DNA from: the human T2T-CHM13v2.0 reference genome, Homo sapiens
Length of the DNA stretch: 64,000 nucleotides
Reading direction: 5' to 3' (one strand)
NCBI RefSeq assembly: GCF_009914755.1
Contig: NC_060947.1
Of the stretch, positions 1 through 14,085 are shown piece by piece; position 1 is the first letter of the stretch; each line of letters begins with the position of its first letter. The notes below the pieces were generated by a model that saw nothing but the letters and a program-made list of their open reading frames with translations, did no database searches and was not told the DNA's origin. The position numbers and the translations under genes are program-made.

Positions 1-272
1 TGAACTCACATTATTGAGAAAGTGTTAACCAAAGTACAAGAAGACAGAATTTTTGTTCAATAAATACCCTTCTGTAATGTGTTAGCCAATTAATGCCCAA
101 TTTCTAAAGTGGCCTTATGATAACATTCTGTGTTGAGAATTCTTTATAATGCTAGTGCTGGTTGATACAATTAATCCCAACTGACCAGACTCTAGTAGGA
201 TTTCTTCTTTATAAAAGCCCAAAATTCAACACCTGGCACATCTTAGTGAGTACCTTAAAAAGCTGAATAGTT

Positions 273-566
<294 letters not shown>

Positions 567-1083
567 TTAACAGGTAAATTAACCTGTAAGCTAACAGATA
601 TCCTCTGTATGTTGATCTGGTTTTTAGTATATATTCTGTATCAGGAAATATTGGCTGAGAAACCAATAGTAAAATTAAACTATCCCTGTAGTAACTGTTA
701 AAGGACTGGCCACAGGGACAGAGCAAAAATGGCTACAGCTCCAGTTATAGAGAGACTTTCTCACAGGTTTTTATTATCAGATTTTCAACATAGCAATATT
801 TATTGCTGGGAAAGAAGTCAGACTATCTTACAGTTTGGAAGATGGGTATAGCTTCTCTATGTAGCTCTGTGGCTACCTCATGGCCACAAATATCCACATT
901 AGCAATTAGTTTCATATCTTCTAGTCAGTTGCAGCATAAAACTGCTCTGTGTTGCTTTGATGTTTTTTTCTGATTTCTAGGCAAGGTCCTAAATGGAAAA
1001 GCCAATACTCTTGAAATATATAGAGCACAAACAAAGTTGTAAACACCCAATAAAGCCATTTTGTTATTTCTCTGTTCCTACAG

Positions 1084-1270
1084 AAACTCAACATATTGCA
1101 TGAAGGTGTCAATGTCCTTGACTGTTGCAGAGAATGAATCAGGCCTGTGCTACAACAGCAGGATCCGCTATTTAGAAAAATCTGAAGTCACTAAAAGAAA
1201 GGAGATCTCCTGTCCAGACATGGATGACTTTAAAAAGTCCGATCAGGAGCCTGATGTTGTGTGGTATAAG
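1084..1270 (+). CDS. IL1RAPL2: IL1RAPL2 internal coding exon (probably exon 4), end of Ig domain 1 and first half of Ig domain 2
   Basis: Polypyrimidine tract plus CAG acceptor at 1081-1083 and donor AAG|GTAACT at 1270/1271. 187 nt, phase 2 to phase 0. Translates (R)[62 protein letters not shown], recognised as IL1RAPL2. Exon number is from memory. Confidence 0.96.
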
Positions 1271-1724
1271 GTAACTCAGCATGGTGTCAAATTCATATTT
1301 TACCTCAGTCAATAGCAGTCTTGGGGATGAGGAAAGGGAGATTTTTTTACTAGTTTTTGGTATTAGATATTTCACTGAGAAGAATCAACAGATCCATAAC
1401 TAAATAATTCAGAGCTGTGACTCTTATGTATCACTGGTTTTTAATGCAGGTGTTAGAAGCAATACGCCTTTCTCCAACTGCTAAAAGTAGAATCTCCCTC
1501 CAGCCTGACAGCATATAAGAACTAATGGGAAGAAGGGTAAACATTTAAATAACACTTGAAAGAAATTATTTGGGGGACACAGAAATATTATTTACTGGTG
1601 GGAACAAAGGCCTGCCATTACAAGTAGTAGTACTTATAAAGAATAACAACTATCATAATGGTCTACTCTGTGAAAGCCACAACAGTGAATGCAGAGGAGA
1701 GAAATGGGCCCAGTACAGGATGTA

Positions 1725-2505
<781 letters not shown>

Positions 2506-2994
2506 CAACCTTCCAGCTATGATATTCTAGCAGCTAACCTGGGGCCCACGGTCTTGTAACAGAACTAAGTCAACTCTCTTCTGTCAGCTCTGAACCACAG
2601 CAATTGACACACTGAAGTTTTATGATGTGATGGTAGATGACCAGGAAGGTTTTCTGCACAGATGCTGTGTGTACTGTTGGAACCAAACACACATAAAAGG
2701 TGGAGCAGGTTGTTTCTATAGGATCTGACAGACCCTCAGTTCCTAGGGAAGCTTAATCCCTAACTCCCACAGCTGTCATATGCCTTTACATTTGGAAGCC
2801 TCTCCATTTTCACACCTAGGGAAACTTACCAATAGACACCAAGAACATACTCTGTACTAGAACGTCCAGGTCTCAATGGGAATTATCTTAATGAAGACAA
2901 TATTGTGACAGATAAAAAGGAACATAATGTTTATTATGCACAAACATATAGACTACAGGTAATTTGGTGGGTTTATGCCATCATCAACCTCATT

Positions 2995-3235
2995 TGTATT
3001 TATTAAGCACTTATTGTGTGCCATTCATTGTAGCTAAACTTGATTTCAACATTATCTTGTTTAAATCTCAGTGCAACTCTGTGTGATAGGTGCTATTATC
3101 CTAATTTAATGGAGAACAAAACCACTGAGGCTGAGAGAGATGTGACCTATCCAAAGTTACACAGTGAACAAAGCCTGATTTTCTATTCAAGGCAGTGTGA
3201 CTCCAGAATTCATTTTCTTAATCACTACCCTCTCC
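2995..3235 (-). mobile_element. MIR
   Basis: Core-like TATTATCC...ACTGAGGCTGAGAGAGATGTGACCTATCCAAAGTTACACAG. Confidence 0.65.
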
Positions 3236-3669
3236 GGCAATGGGCCTGGGACTAAACCCAGCCTTGGTCATATCTTGGGAACTTTTGTAAGATGCCATGC
3301 TGGTGCAGTGGAGCCTGGCCAAAGAAAGAAAAAGAAAGTTTTATTTTAATTTTATGGTTGAGGAAGGGAAGGTGACCTGCCCAAAGAGTTAGCAGCTGGG
3401 AGTGAAATCCAGATAATCAACTTTCCCTTATAAGAGTAATTCTACTATCTCATCTTACTTTCTGCTAACTTCTTTCTTCTCCTTTTCTCATATCTCTAGA
3501 CATCACTATCATCCTTACATACTCAAGCAATTTACTGCTTGGCAAATGCCACTTCTCACTCTTCCTTAGAAATGGACCAACAATGGTGAAGCAACAGGCC
3601 TTTCCAGCTCTGCCTGGATAATATTTAATATTTCTATAATATTTTACAGTTGATAAATGATCATCATAA

Positions 3670-3880
3670 TGTTAGCTAACATTTCCTAAGTACTTACTGT
3701 ATGGCAAGCTGTGTTTTAGGTGCATGAGATAGATTAATGCAATTCTTAGAACTACCATATAAGGTAATATTATCTCTATTTTATAGAAGAAGTGACTGGA
3801 GACTCAGACAAGCTAAGTGGGTTAGCAAAAGTCAACAGTAGTTTGTGACTTGCAGTTTGGCTACTAGCCCCACTCTTAGC
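3670..3880 (-). mobile_element. MIR
   Basis: ATTATCTCTATTTTATAGAAGAAGTGACTGGAGACTCAGA core. Confidence 0.6.
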
Positions 3881-4091
3881 CCCTACAGTATACTAACGGA
3901 TTAGGATAAAATACTAGAATCAGAAGTTAAAGAGTACCTGAAGCTCAGGAATGTATTGCTAACTCTTGGTTCTCATACAAGGTTTCAAGTAAATACCTGA
4001 AGAAAATGTACCAACATATTAGGAAAATATTTCTTTTTCAGTCAGTATTTGGATAGTCTGCCTTGCCTACTTTATAGCCCATGTATTTTCT

Positions 4092-5098
4092 TTTTTTATT
4101 TATTTTTTAAATTTTATTTTTTATTATTATACTTTAAGTTGTAGGGTACATGTGCACAATGTGCAGGTTTGTTACATATGTATACATGTGCCATGTTGGT
4201 GTGCTGCACCCATTAACTCATCATTTACATTAGGTGTATCTCCTAATGCTATCCCTCCCCCATCCCCCCACCGCACAGCAGGACCCAGTGTGTGATGTCC
4301 ACCTTCCTGTGTCCAAGTGTTCTCATTGTTCAATTCCCACCTATGAGTGAGAACATGCAGTGTTTGGTTTTTTTGTCCTTGCAATAGTTTGCTGAGAATG
4401 ATGGTTTCCAGCTTCATCCATGTCCCTACAAAAGACATGAACTCATCATTTTTTATGGCTGCATAGTATTCCATGGTGTATACCCACATTTTCTTAATCC
4501 AGTCTATCATTGTTGGACATTTGGGTTGGTTCCAGGTCTTTTCTATTGTGAATAGTGCTGCAATAAACATACGGTGTGCATGTGTCTTTATAGCTGCATG
4601 ATATATAATCCTTTGGGTATATACCCAGTAATGGGATGGCTGGGTCAAATGGTATTTCTAGTTCTAGATCCCTGAGGAATCGCCACACTGTCTTCCACAA
4701 TGATTGAACCAGTTTACAGTCCCACCAACAGTGTAAAAGTGTTCCTTTTTCTCCACATTCTCTCCAGCACCTGTTGTTTCCTGACTTTTTAATGATTGCC
4801 ATTCTAACTGGTGTGAGATGGTATCTCATTGTGGTTTTGATTTGCATTTCTCTGATGGCCAGTGATGATGAGCATTTTTTCATGTCTTTTGGCTGCATAA
4901 ATGTCTTCTTTTGAGAAGTGTGTGTTCATATCCTTCGCCCACTTGTTGATGGGGTTGTTTTTTTCGTGTAAATTTGTTTGAGTTCTTTGTAGATTCTAGA
5001 TATTAGCCCTTTGTCAGATAAGTGGATTGCAAAAATTTTCTCCCATTCTGTAGGTTGCCTGTTGACTCTGATGGTGGTTTCTTTTGCTGTGCAGAAGC
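4092..5098 (-). mobile_element. 5'-truncated L1PA (L1PA4/5-like), ~1.0 kb
   Basis: Poly-T tail, 3'UTR and ORF2 C-terminal remnants (ORFs 4172-4648 and 4494-4898, [18 protein letters not shown]). TSD TGTATTTTCT at 4082-4091 and 5099-5108. Confidence 0.93.
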
Positions 5099-5211
5099 TG
5101 TATTTTCTACCAGGCTGAGCAAGTTTTGCTCTGTCTATAGCAATATAAAGAAGAGGATACATTTGTCCAGAGTTTATTCTGGTGCTCATTCAAAGTTAGA
5201 AATGTCCAGTG

Positions 5212-5604
5212 TGTTAAAAGAAAAATTTCAGCCAAATTAAATTTAAAAGATTAATTGAGCAAAGAGTGATTCACAAATCAGGCAGTCTTCTGAGCCAGAG
5301 TAAGCTCAGAGACTCCAGTGCAGCCAAGTGGTAGAAGAATATTTATGGACAGAAAAAGGAAAGTGATGTACAGAAAATGGAAGTGAGGAACACAAACAGC
5401 TGGATTGGTTATAGCTCTGTGCCTTATTTGAACACGGTTCAAACAGTTGGCCACATTTGATTGGTCAAAACTTAGTAATTGGCACAAGAGTAGGCTATGG
5501 TCTATTTACACCTCCACTTGTTATAGTTGACAGTGTACAGAGAAACCTTTAGGCCTAACTTAAAATATGTAAGAAAGCAGCTTTAGGCTAAACATGATTT
5601 AACA
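5212..5604 (-). repeat. 3' LTR (MER57A-like)
   Basis: TG...CA termini; preceded on the minus strand by the polypurine tract AAAAGGGGGAAAT. Confidence 0.9.
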
Positions 5605-6398
5605 ATTTCCCCCTTTTATTCATCCTCTCATTTTGAGAGATTGACCAAAACTTTAGTCATTGATGTCACTATCACCATCATAAATGTACTTATTTGGCCT
5701 TGAAACCCACTGAAAAATAGCAGAACAGTGGGTTGTGTAAGGTGTGAACAAGGACTTCAGGTCATTTTTTTTTTTTGTAAGGGTTAGAGTAGAGGATAAC
5801 TTCTTAGTCTGGAACATCCTGTTTACAGGAGAAAAAGACAAAACCCAGTCTGTTCTAGGATATATGTGTTTCCTTAAAGTCTTAGTTTGATTATGTTACA
5901 TTTAGCACAAGTGAGTCCCTTTTGGTTTTGTCTGGTCTGTTGGGGCCTAGTGCATGACATGAGCTGAGTCCAAAACAATGGCCTCCCATAATTTTGTTTA
6001 AAAATTCCCCCCTTTTTGTCAGGTTCTCACTTAGGTGAGAGTGTGCCACTCTCAGTTACCGTCATTTTGGGTTTCCAGGTCTCAGCAATTCATTCATAGG
6101 TTATGATGCCCTCATGGTCACACATTTCCTTCAGCTATTGGCATTCCAATTGAATAGACAACATTTGCCATTCTTGAGATGGCTGAATGCAAACGTTTAA
6201 AACTTTTGAGAGAATACAGTACACCAAGGGGACTACTATTATGATTGTCAGGAGGATAATACCAAGAGTTTGGAGTATGCCCCTTACCTAGGGTCACCAG
6301 GAACCAAACCAACTAAAATCAAATAGATCAAAGAATGAGCTAAAGAGTCTACTCACTTTAACTAAGCAGTCTCTTCATTAATCTCCTACACTGAATCT

Positions 6399-6692
6399 CT
6401 ATAATACCTGATGGGATATATTTCTCCACAGGCCACAAGCACCAGCAGTTGCACAGATACTTCTGATACTTCTCTGTTTAGCCAGTAAGTAATCTAGAGC
6501 AATTCTATTATTTAGCATAATTTTCACAAGAGAATTTAAAATCTGTTGTGTAACCATAGCCTTTACAGTAGAATCAGTTATAGAGCCTATCATAAGGGAT
6601 ACATTTCTAATTATTCCATCTTTTACTCCACACCATGGAAAAAAGCACTTAACAAATGATGCCTTTCTAGAAGAATGAAGGACTCCCGGCAA
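6399..6692 (-). pseudogene. ERV env TM remnant
   Basis: LNSLVKIMLNNRIALDYLLAKQRSI..CA matches the heptad repeat and immunosuppressive domain (LQNRxALDxLL) of gamma-type Env. Confidence 0.85.
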
Positions 6693-7118
6693 TGTTGTCT
6701 TTAACCCATGATGTAGATTAAAAGGAGTGAACCAACATTCTGTTTCTGACTATCAGGCAACGTATGTACCATTAAAGTTATTCACCTACATTGGGCCTTC
6801 ATTTTTCATCTATCAAGGCATACGGTTATCCATGTATAAGGCTGGTTATCCATGTATAAGGCTGGCCATTTTTTTTTCTGGGGAGAAACTTCCCTGGGTA
6901 GCTTTACCTTAAGGGTTCTAACGGGTGTATAGTTCCATAAGTGTGGAGCAACCCTCCCTCAGTTGTGAGATTATAAGCCCAAGGTTCAATGTCCCTTAGC
7001 TTTGCTGCAGTGTGGATGGCAAAGGAAGTCCTTCTCTGATGTTCTCGGAAGATCCAGTCTTTGAGTTCTAGATTGTGAAGGGGTTGATTGTCTTCAGTTA
7101 GTGAACCGTAAAAATCTT

Positions 7119-7611
7119 TTATTCCTGGTGAAAATACATTGTGACGTAATAATCTGTTATAACATCACCCTTCTCGCAAGGAAAAGCTTTGATACAACCA
7201 GAAAACATACATTGAAAATGACAATTGAATGAAATCCCTCTATAAATGTTTAAATGACCCATCAGGTAGCTGAATGTATCTGAAGATTTGAGTGTCTTCC
7301 CAGGAATACGGGTTTGACAAATTAAACATTGGTTATAAACTATTTTAGCAATGTACAAGTCACCACAACAATATATATTTAATTTGGATTATTTTATCTT
7401 TTTCATGAGTCATGGAATGCAGAACTTTTAATAACAAAAACTTTAAGGACTCAGGAAGGACAAGGCAGCTGCCCTGGTTCTCCATGAGTCCATACTTAAC
7501 ATTGGTCTTATGTCCTCTTGAATACCAATTGTTTCTCCAATTTAGGTGCGTAGCACTGATAACTGATGGGTTATCATAGGTCATTTGACTTAGACCATGG
7601 AGTTCATTCAA
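7119..7611 (-). pseudogene. ERV pol/integrase remnant, frameshifted
   Basis: LVLPESLK..LHSMTH, CLICQ (HHCC zinc finger) and KAFPC motifs are spread across two broken ORFs. Confidence 0.7.
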
Positions 7612-8109
7612 ATTGTGTATCTATACAATTTTGGTATTGGCTGATTTAGCATGATAATCTGGCAAAGTGTCTTCTTGGTATTCAATTAATTTTTGTTCTA
7701 CTTGGGTTAGCAGTTATATAAACCAGTCTTTTCATTGAAGTTCCAGGAATTCTTACCCAGTCCAAATGATATGACTCTAAAGTTATGAGAAACCCGTATT
7801 CAAGAGTGCTTTTCAGGGTCCTTTCCAACCTTCTAAAAGACACCATATTTCTAGGATTTTGCATGCTTGTGAATTTTTCAGAAACTGCATCAGAATTAAG
7901 CAATTAACTAGCAATGACTTCAAGTAAAGACACAGTTGACAAGGAAATTTGGTTATTTCTGTGGTCTACAATAAATTAACATAATAACCATAATTATAAT
8001 TGATATCATATACTCAGACAGTAGAATTTTAGAAATCCCATAACATTTTGGAACATATATTAATGAAATTCATTAAAATATAACCTAAAGAAGGTTAATG
8101 ATTATTTCT

Positions 8110-8341
8110 GGCTGGGCGTGGTAGCTAACGCCTGTCATCCCAACACTTTGGGAGGCTGAGGCAGGCGGATCTTTTGAGGTCAGGAGTTTTAGACCAGAGG
8201 CTGAGGCATGAGAATGGCTTGAACACAAGGGGAGGGTGGGGAAAGGTTGCAGTGAGTGAGCTGAGAGCGCACCACTGCACTACGCTCCAGCCTGGGTGAC
8301 AGAGTGAGACTGTCTCAAAACAAACAAATAAACAAACAAAA
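8110..8341 (+). mobile_element. Alu with internal deletion and (CAAA)n tail, nested in the provirus
   Basis: Left arm stops at TTTAGACCAG and joins the right arm at AGGCTGAGGCA; flanked by ATTTCT on both sides. Confidence 0.85.
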
Positions 8342-10090
8342 ATTTCTTATTTTGACGGTGCTTCCCATGTAACTTAATATATCAAATAATCCTGTTTACC
8401 TCTCTTTTGGATGCTTCAGGGGCCCTCTGTAGCATCCTAAAGTTAGTGGTCAAAAGAGACTTAATTTCGAAATTGGAATTTGACTTGGGGAAGCCTGTCA
8501 AATATGTTAAATGTTTAAAACATTTGATATTATGAAATAGAATTCCATGTCACCATAAATCATTCATTTTGCCAAAATAATGACTCAAAAATTTTAAAGA
8601 TGTAAAAACCTTTACTCATTGATAGAGGAAAGACTTAGCTTTCCAAACAATCTGTCTCTTGTCTTTCCCTTCTTTCTCCTGTAGTTTATTCAAAAGGCAA
8701 ACAAAAATCTTTCATTATTCTTTAATATTACATGAAAATCTCATTCAAGAAAGAAAGCCAAATTTCATCCTTGCATTAGTATACTGTTAATGTCAACCCC
8801 AATTTTTAATAAAACCTAGTAGACAAATCTATCTAATCTTAATCAGTTTTACCATAAGGTGAGATTCACATAAATCTTTTATAACCCATTACAAATTTTC
8901 ATTAAATAGTAGATCAGTGCTCTAAGAAAACCCTTTTGTGCTTTTATTTCAATGTTCAATTTACAAAAAAACTGAACAATACCCCCTTTAAATTTAGCCA
9001 ATATGTTCACATGTAGAATTTCTCTTACAAGTTTAATTTTTCACAATCTTCCACAACTTGCTCAACTTTCAGCTTTATCCTATCTAACCTAAATCGTCAT
9101 TTAACCCTTTAATCTAGGCACAAAAATCCACATTCCCATGCCTTCTTATAATCTTTTACCAAAAGCCTACTTCACTTTCCTCACACATTTTGCATGTAAA
9201 ACTCTTTCTTCAGTAGTCTCAATTACATGTTAGAATCTCAACTCTTAGCAATTTTTATTTTTAGTGAAAAACCCGGTAAGGAAGTGATTTTAATTATGTA
9301 CTAGGTGTGGGGCCTAGGACAACAGACTGAAGTGCAGGTAAAGTCCAACTCTTTCCATCATAGCTAGGGGCATGGTTAACTCCATGTGTCCCTAGGCCTT
9401 ATCTAGAATCTAATGGCTCTAAAGCAGGTAAGTCTAACAATTTTCAAAAGTCAAAGGAGCAGTTTATGACATCAAAGCATTTAGCAAACCTAATATCCGA
9501 CCTGCCTAATTTAGACCAAATGTCTTTATTTTACCAATAATCTTATAAAACTGTGTTTATTTCCCAAAGATTACTAAAGTCATGTGAACTAAAAGACATT
9601 ACAGTTTTTATTTTTCTGACAAAATATTTGATTTAAGCACTTATTCCTTTTAAACCAATTAATCAGAGCTTTTTCGTATAAACATCACTCACACAACACA
9701 TACAGACAGAAGAAAATCCATTACTTGTAAGAATTTTCATTTGTCAGTTTTAAAATAGCTTTTCTTTCTCCCGTTCAGTCTATCAATCTTCCAATTACTG
9801 GTTTCACTGAACTAAGCAATTGTTGACTAGGCAACAAATTTGTATTTCTAAAGGGACAACTGTTAGGTGGAACCACAAAAAATAAAAATTTATATCTCAT
9901 AAGCAGAGAGCAAGATTTTGGTCTAAAAATTATATTATTGTTTGCTCAAACCAGGGGCAAAACAAAAACAAAAACAAAGACAAAAACAAAACAAAAAAAA
10001 CAGTGCTCTCATGAAAGTTCCATCAAGAGAAGATGGCCAGAAAAGCATCTCAACCAAAAGTATGATTTATTATGTAAATTTAAAGGAATG

Positions 10091-10377
<287 letters not shown>

Positions 10378-10384
10378 ATAATGG

Positions 10385-10747
10385 TGATATGATTTGGCTC
10401 TGTATCCCCACCCAAATCTCATCAGGAATTGTAATCCCCACATGTCAAGGGAGGGACCTGGTGGAAGGTGATTGAATCATGGAGATGGTTTCCCTCATGG
10501 TATTCTCATGATAGTGAGTGAGTTCTCACAAGAGCTGATGGTTTTAAAGTGTGGCACTTCCTTGCTCTCTCTCTCTCTTTCCTGTTACCTTGTGAAGACG
10601 TGCCTTGTTTCCCCTTCATCTTCTGCCGTGATTATAAGTTTCCTGGGGCCTCCCCAGCCATCCAGAACTGTGAATCAATTAAACCTACTTTCTTTATAAA
10701 TTACCCAGTCTCAGGTATTTATGGCAGTGTGAAAACAGACTAATACA
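10385..10747 (+). mobile_element. THE1D-like MaLR solo LTR nested in the provirus
   Basis: TGATATG...GACTAATACA termini; 5-bp TSD AATGG. Confidence 0.9.
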
Positions 10748-10799
10748 AATGGTAAGTTTCTAATGTACATAAGCAGATATCCCTACAAATGGAGATTTC

Positions 10800-10873
10800 A
10801 TATATATATGTGTGTATATATATATATATGTGTGTATATATATATATATATGTGTATATATATATATATATAT
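10800..10873. repeat. Compound (TA)n/(TG)n microsatellite
   Basis: Directly visible. Confidence 0.95.
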
Positions 10874-11968
10874 TTTTTTTTTACAAAAGAGTTTTAAGAT
10901 AGTCAATTAAATTCCAGAAAGATGTATTTTAGTTCAATAGGGTTTTCTTTTTAACATAGCTACTGTTTCTTAGCTAAAATTACTGAGTTCAGGGTAATGG
11001 GTGGAGCCCACTAAAGAATAGGGCCAACAAAGCATGCATTGTATGCCTAGACTCAGCATGGATAGATCTGTAAAAAGAAGCATGCCTATTTTACCTGAGG
11101 GCCTAACTTTTATAAACATCTTATCTAGGATAACTTTCTTTCCACCTTTTGGGTGGGAAAATAACTAAGCCAAAAGGTTAGCAGACTTAATTTTTAAAAA
11201 TCAGTTAGTTGCTTAAGATTTGTATTTGCCTTTTATAAAGTCTTTAGATAAAAATATTGAAATATTTTTAGAAGCTTCTGCATGTCAATAGGCATCCCTA
11301 GGTGAGACTAATTTGGGAGCCCTCAATCAAATGCACTTCAGTGCATTGCCATTCATTTGGAACGTTCCACTCTAACTTATCTTTAGTGAGATTTTGCGAT
11401 TTCAATAAGACTTTGCTGCTTGAGGGGCCTCATACTTGTGCGTGTATAAGCCAGAAGGAACTCAGTTCTTCAGAAATTAAGGATCCCATTTTTACCTCAA
11501 ATATTGTCTTTTTTCTCAGATTCCCTTGATCAACTTAGCCAGTGTTTGTTTTTTCCTACTTAAGCATGCAAGAAAAATAAAACAAAGGGGTAGAACACAA
11601 AAATCTCTGTGAATTTCCAAAAGCCAAATTTTATACCCCCTGCAATATTGCCATTTACTACTAGGTTCTTTCTGACCCAATCAGATATAAGAGGCCTCTA
11701 ACTGGATCCAAGCCAGTTAATTACCAGATCCAATCTGATCCTGGACCTAGTCCGCTTTCTGCCATGACTTCCAAACCTAGTTTGGATCAGAAATTTGCTC
11801 AAAGAAACTCAGAGAGCTCAAAACAGAAAACCATGGAGCTTTGGAATCCAAGAGAGAACTTAACCACGATCCCCAGTTGTTCCAAGAGAGTAATGGACAC
11901 AGTGGGTCTGGTGGGTACCTCACTTGGTCATTCAATACTCCTTGGGGTCATTAGAAGCTCTACTTTGG

Positions 11969-11986
11969 ATCCCACTTCTGGTGCCA
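11969..11986 (-). promoter_or_regulatory. Primer-binding site, tRNA-Leu(CAA) type
   Basis: Minus strand reads TGGCACCAGAAGTGGGAT versus the tRNA-Leu complement TGGTGTCAGAAGTGGGAT (15/18), 2 nt from the LTR. Confidence 0.8.
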
Positions 11987-11988
11987 TC

Positions 11989-12384
11989 TGTTAAAAGAAA
12001 ATCTTCAGCTGAATTAAATTTAAAATACTTTAATTGAGCAAAGAATGATTTGCAAATCAGTCAGCCTCTTGAGCCAGAGTAGGTTCAGAGACTCCAGTGC
12101 AGCCGTGTGTTAGAAGAAGATTTATGGACAGAAAAAGTAAAGTGATGAACAGAAAATGGAAGTGAGGTCCAGAAACAGCTGGATTGGTTACAGCTCAGCA
12201 TTTGTCTTATTTGAACACATTTTGAAGTTGGCCACATTTGATTGGTCAAAACCCAGTGATTGGCACAAGAGTATGCTATGGCCTGTTTACACCACCACTT
12301 GTTATACTTGAAGATGTACAGAGAAACCTTTAGGTCATACTTAAAATATGTAAGGAGGCAGTTTAGGCTAAACTTGATTTAACT
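11989..12384 (-). repeat. 5' LTR (MER57A-like)
   Basis: About 87% identical by eye to 5212-5604; followed on the minus strand by the PBS. Confidence 0.9.
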
Positions 12385-13249
12385 AACGTCTTAACTCCAG
12401 GGCTTTAATGGTGAAAACTATTGCTTTGCATGATCCGTTTTCCAGGTGTCTTTTCAAATATACAGAATCTTTAAATTCCTTTCGTTTCCATCAGTCTCTG
12501 TGTTTTACTTAATTAACTAATTATATTGTATCACTCTCATAGTCCGTTTTGAGTTTCCTGGGCTGTTTGAAATATGCTATGGTAGGCCTTTAAGGACTAT
12601 CATTCTGTGCCTGCACGTAATCACAGCTGGATGGGAAGCTAGAGGTGAATCAGGTGGTACTGGAGGCATGTTCATAAAGATGCCTGAGTAAGCCAATCCA
12701 GCCTGTCTGAGGAATACAAAGGATATGTGTAAGAGGACTGTATATTCTCTATCTGAACTGCATCAGTTATCAAATTGAGATAAGGAGAGGGGCTACACTT
12801 TTAGAAGGTTCTTCTGACACTATATAAATAGGATTTAGACATTAGAGCAGAATATTCAATAATGTTAGTGTTTTTAAAACGTTTTACAAATGAGAGATAA
12901 GGATTCTTTTTTAAATTGAACCAAGAAGAACACTAAACCTACTTAATTATTCACTGAGCACCCTGTTGTCACAGAAATGTGGAGTCATTTTATCCCATTT
13001 CTAAATGTCCTAATTTTGATAGGATATTGGCAAGAAAAATGCAAATACACACTTTGGAGTGAAACACTCATCTATGTGATTAGTTACCTCAGTTGGTAAA
13101 AGTCTGGTGTTAATAAGGTCAAGGCTATCACTTTGAATTCTCCTTTTTCTTGTCACAACTATCTCAATTTTAGATGTTTGACATTGGTTATAAATGGAAT
13201 TGGTTGGGAATGATGGATGGTTCAGTACAAACTTATTTGTACAACTGAT

Positions 13250-13380
13250 CATTCATTCAGCACATATGTATTGGGTGCCTACCTGTGCAAGGCACTATGC
13301 TAGGAACTGGGAATACTGAACTGACCAAAATAAACACATTTCTCTTTTCTCATGAAGGGAGATAGATGAGTAAATAGCTC
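13250..13380 (-). mobile_element. L2 3' end fragment
   Basis: ATTCATTCAGCACATATGTATTGGGTGCCTACCTGTGCAAGGCACT. Confidence 0.65.
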
Positions 13381-13588
13381 TTTCTCAACACTCCAGGAAG
13401 GAACTACATCAATTGAAATATCTAAAAGAACAGCTCCTACTTGTAATCAATAGTGTCTTTGTCTTGAGTAAAGGGCAGCAGACATACCTGTTTTTAATCA
13501 CAGACATGAATCTCTGCAAAGGAAAATTACAAAACTAAATAAGATCAGCTAATATTTTCATGGTACATAATAGTCAGGAGCAATCTTT

Positions 13589-14085
13589 TGTTACCTAAAC
13601 ATCAAGGGTTTACTTTCAGTCCTGCAGCTTGCTGCACAGAAAGCCAATCACTGAGACAATGAGTATTGCCAGGGAAGAAGGCTTTAATTGGGTGTTGCAG
13701 CTGAGGAAATGGGAAATCAATATCAAATCCATCTCCCTGATGGACTAAAATCAGGGGTTTATATAGCAGGGAACAAATGTAACTAAATGCAAGTAAACAG
13801 AAATTAGGGAGAGGTAAGGAATAGGAGTTGGCTAACAGGAAGCAGGTAGTTGCTTAGACAATCATGATGGATAAGGGGTTGAATTTCTCCTTGTCTGGAT
13901 GTAGTGATATGTTAAGTTTTGGTTCCTTGATATCATTTGGGAGTCCTGATGGTTGGTTTCCTGAGAAAAGAACTCAGATAAGACAAATGTGACTTTCTCA
14001 AGTTTTAAGACTAAGGGGGCAGTTTCTACATTTATTCAAAAGAAACCATAAACATCAGTTATATAGGACAACTGGGTCGATTTAA
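13589..14085 (-). mobile_element. MER66-like ERV1 solo LTR
   Basis: TGTTACC...GAAAGCCAATCACTGAGAC...GAGAAAAGAACTCAGATAAGACAAATGT matches a recalled ERV1 LTR consensus; subfamily name uncertain. Confidence 0.7.

Noticed and set aside
6399-6692. Domesticated syncytin-like env gene
   Set aside because: Only 97 codons are open, with no signal peptide, SU or intact CX6CC motif, and it carries an internal duplication.
11969-11986. tRNA-Leu gene
   Set aside because: Only 18 nt match the tRNA 3' end and they sit next to an LTR, so this is a PBS.
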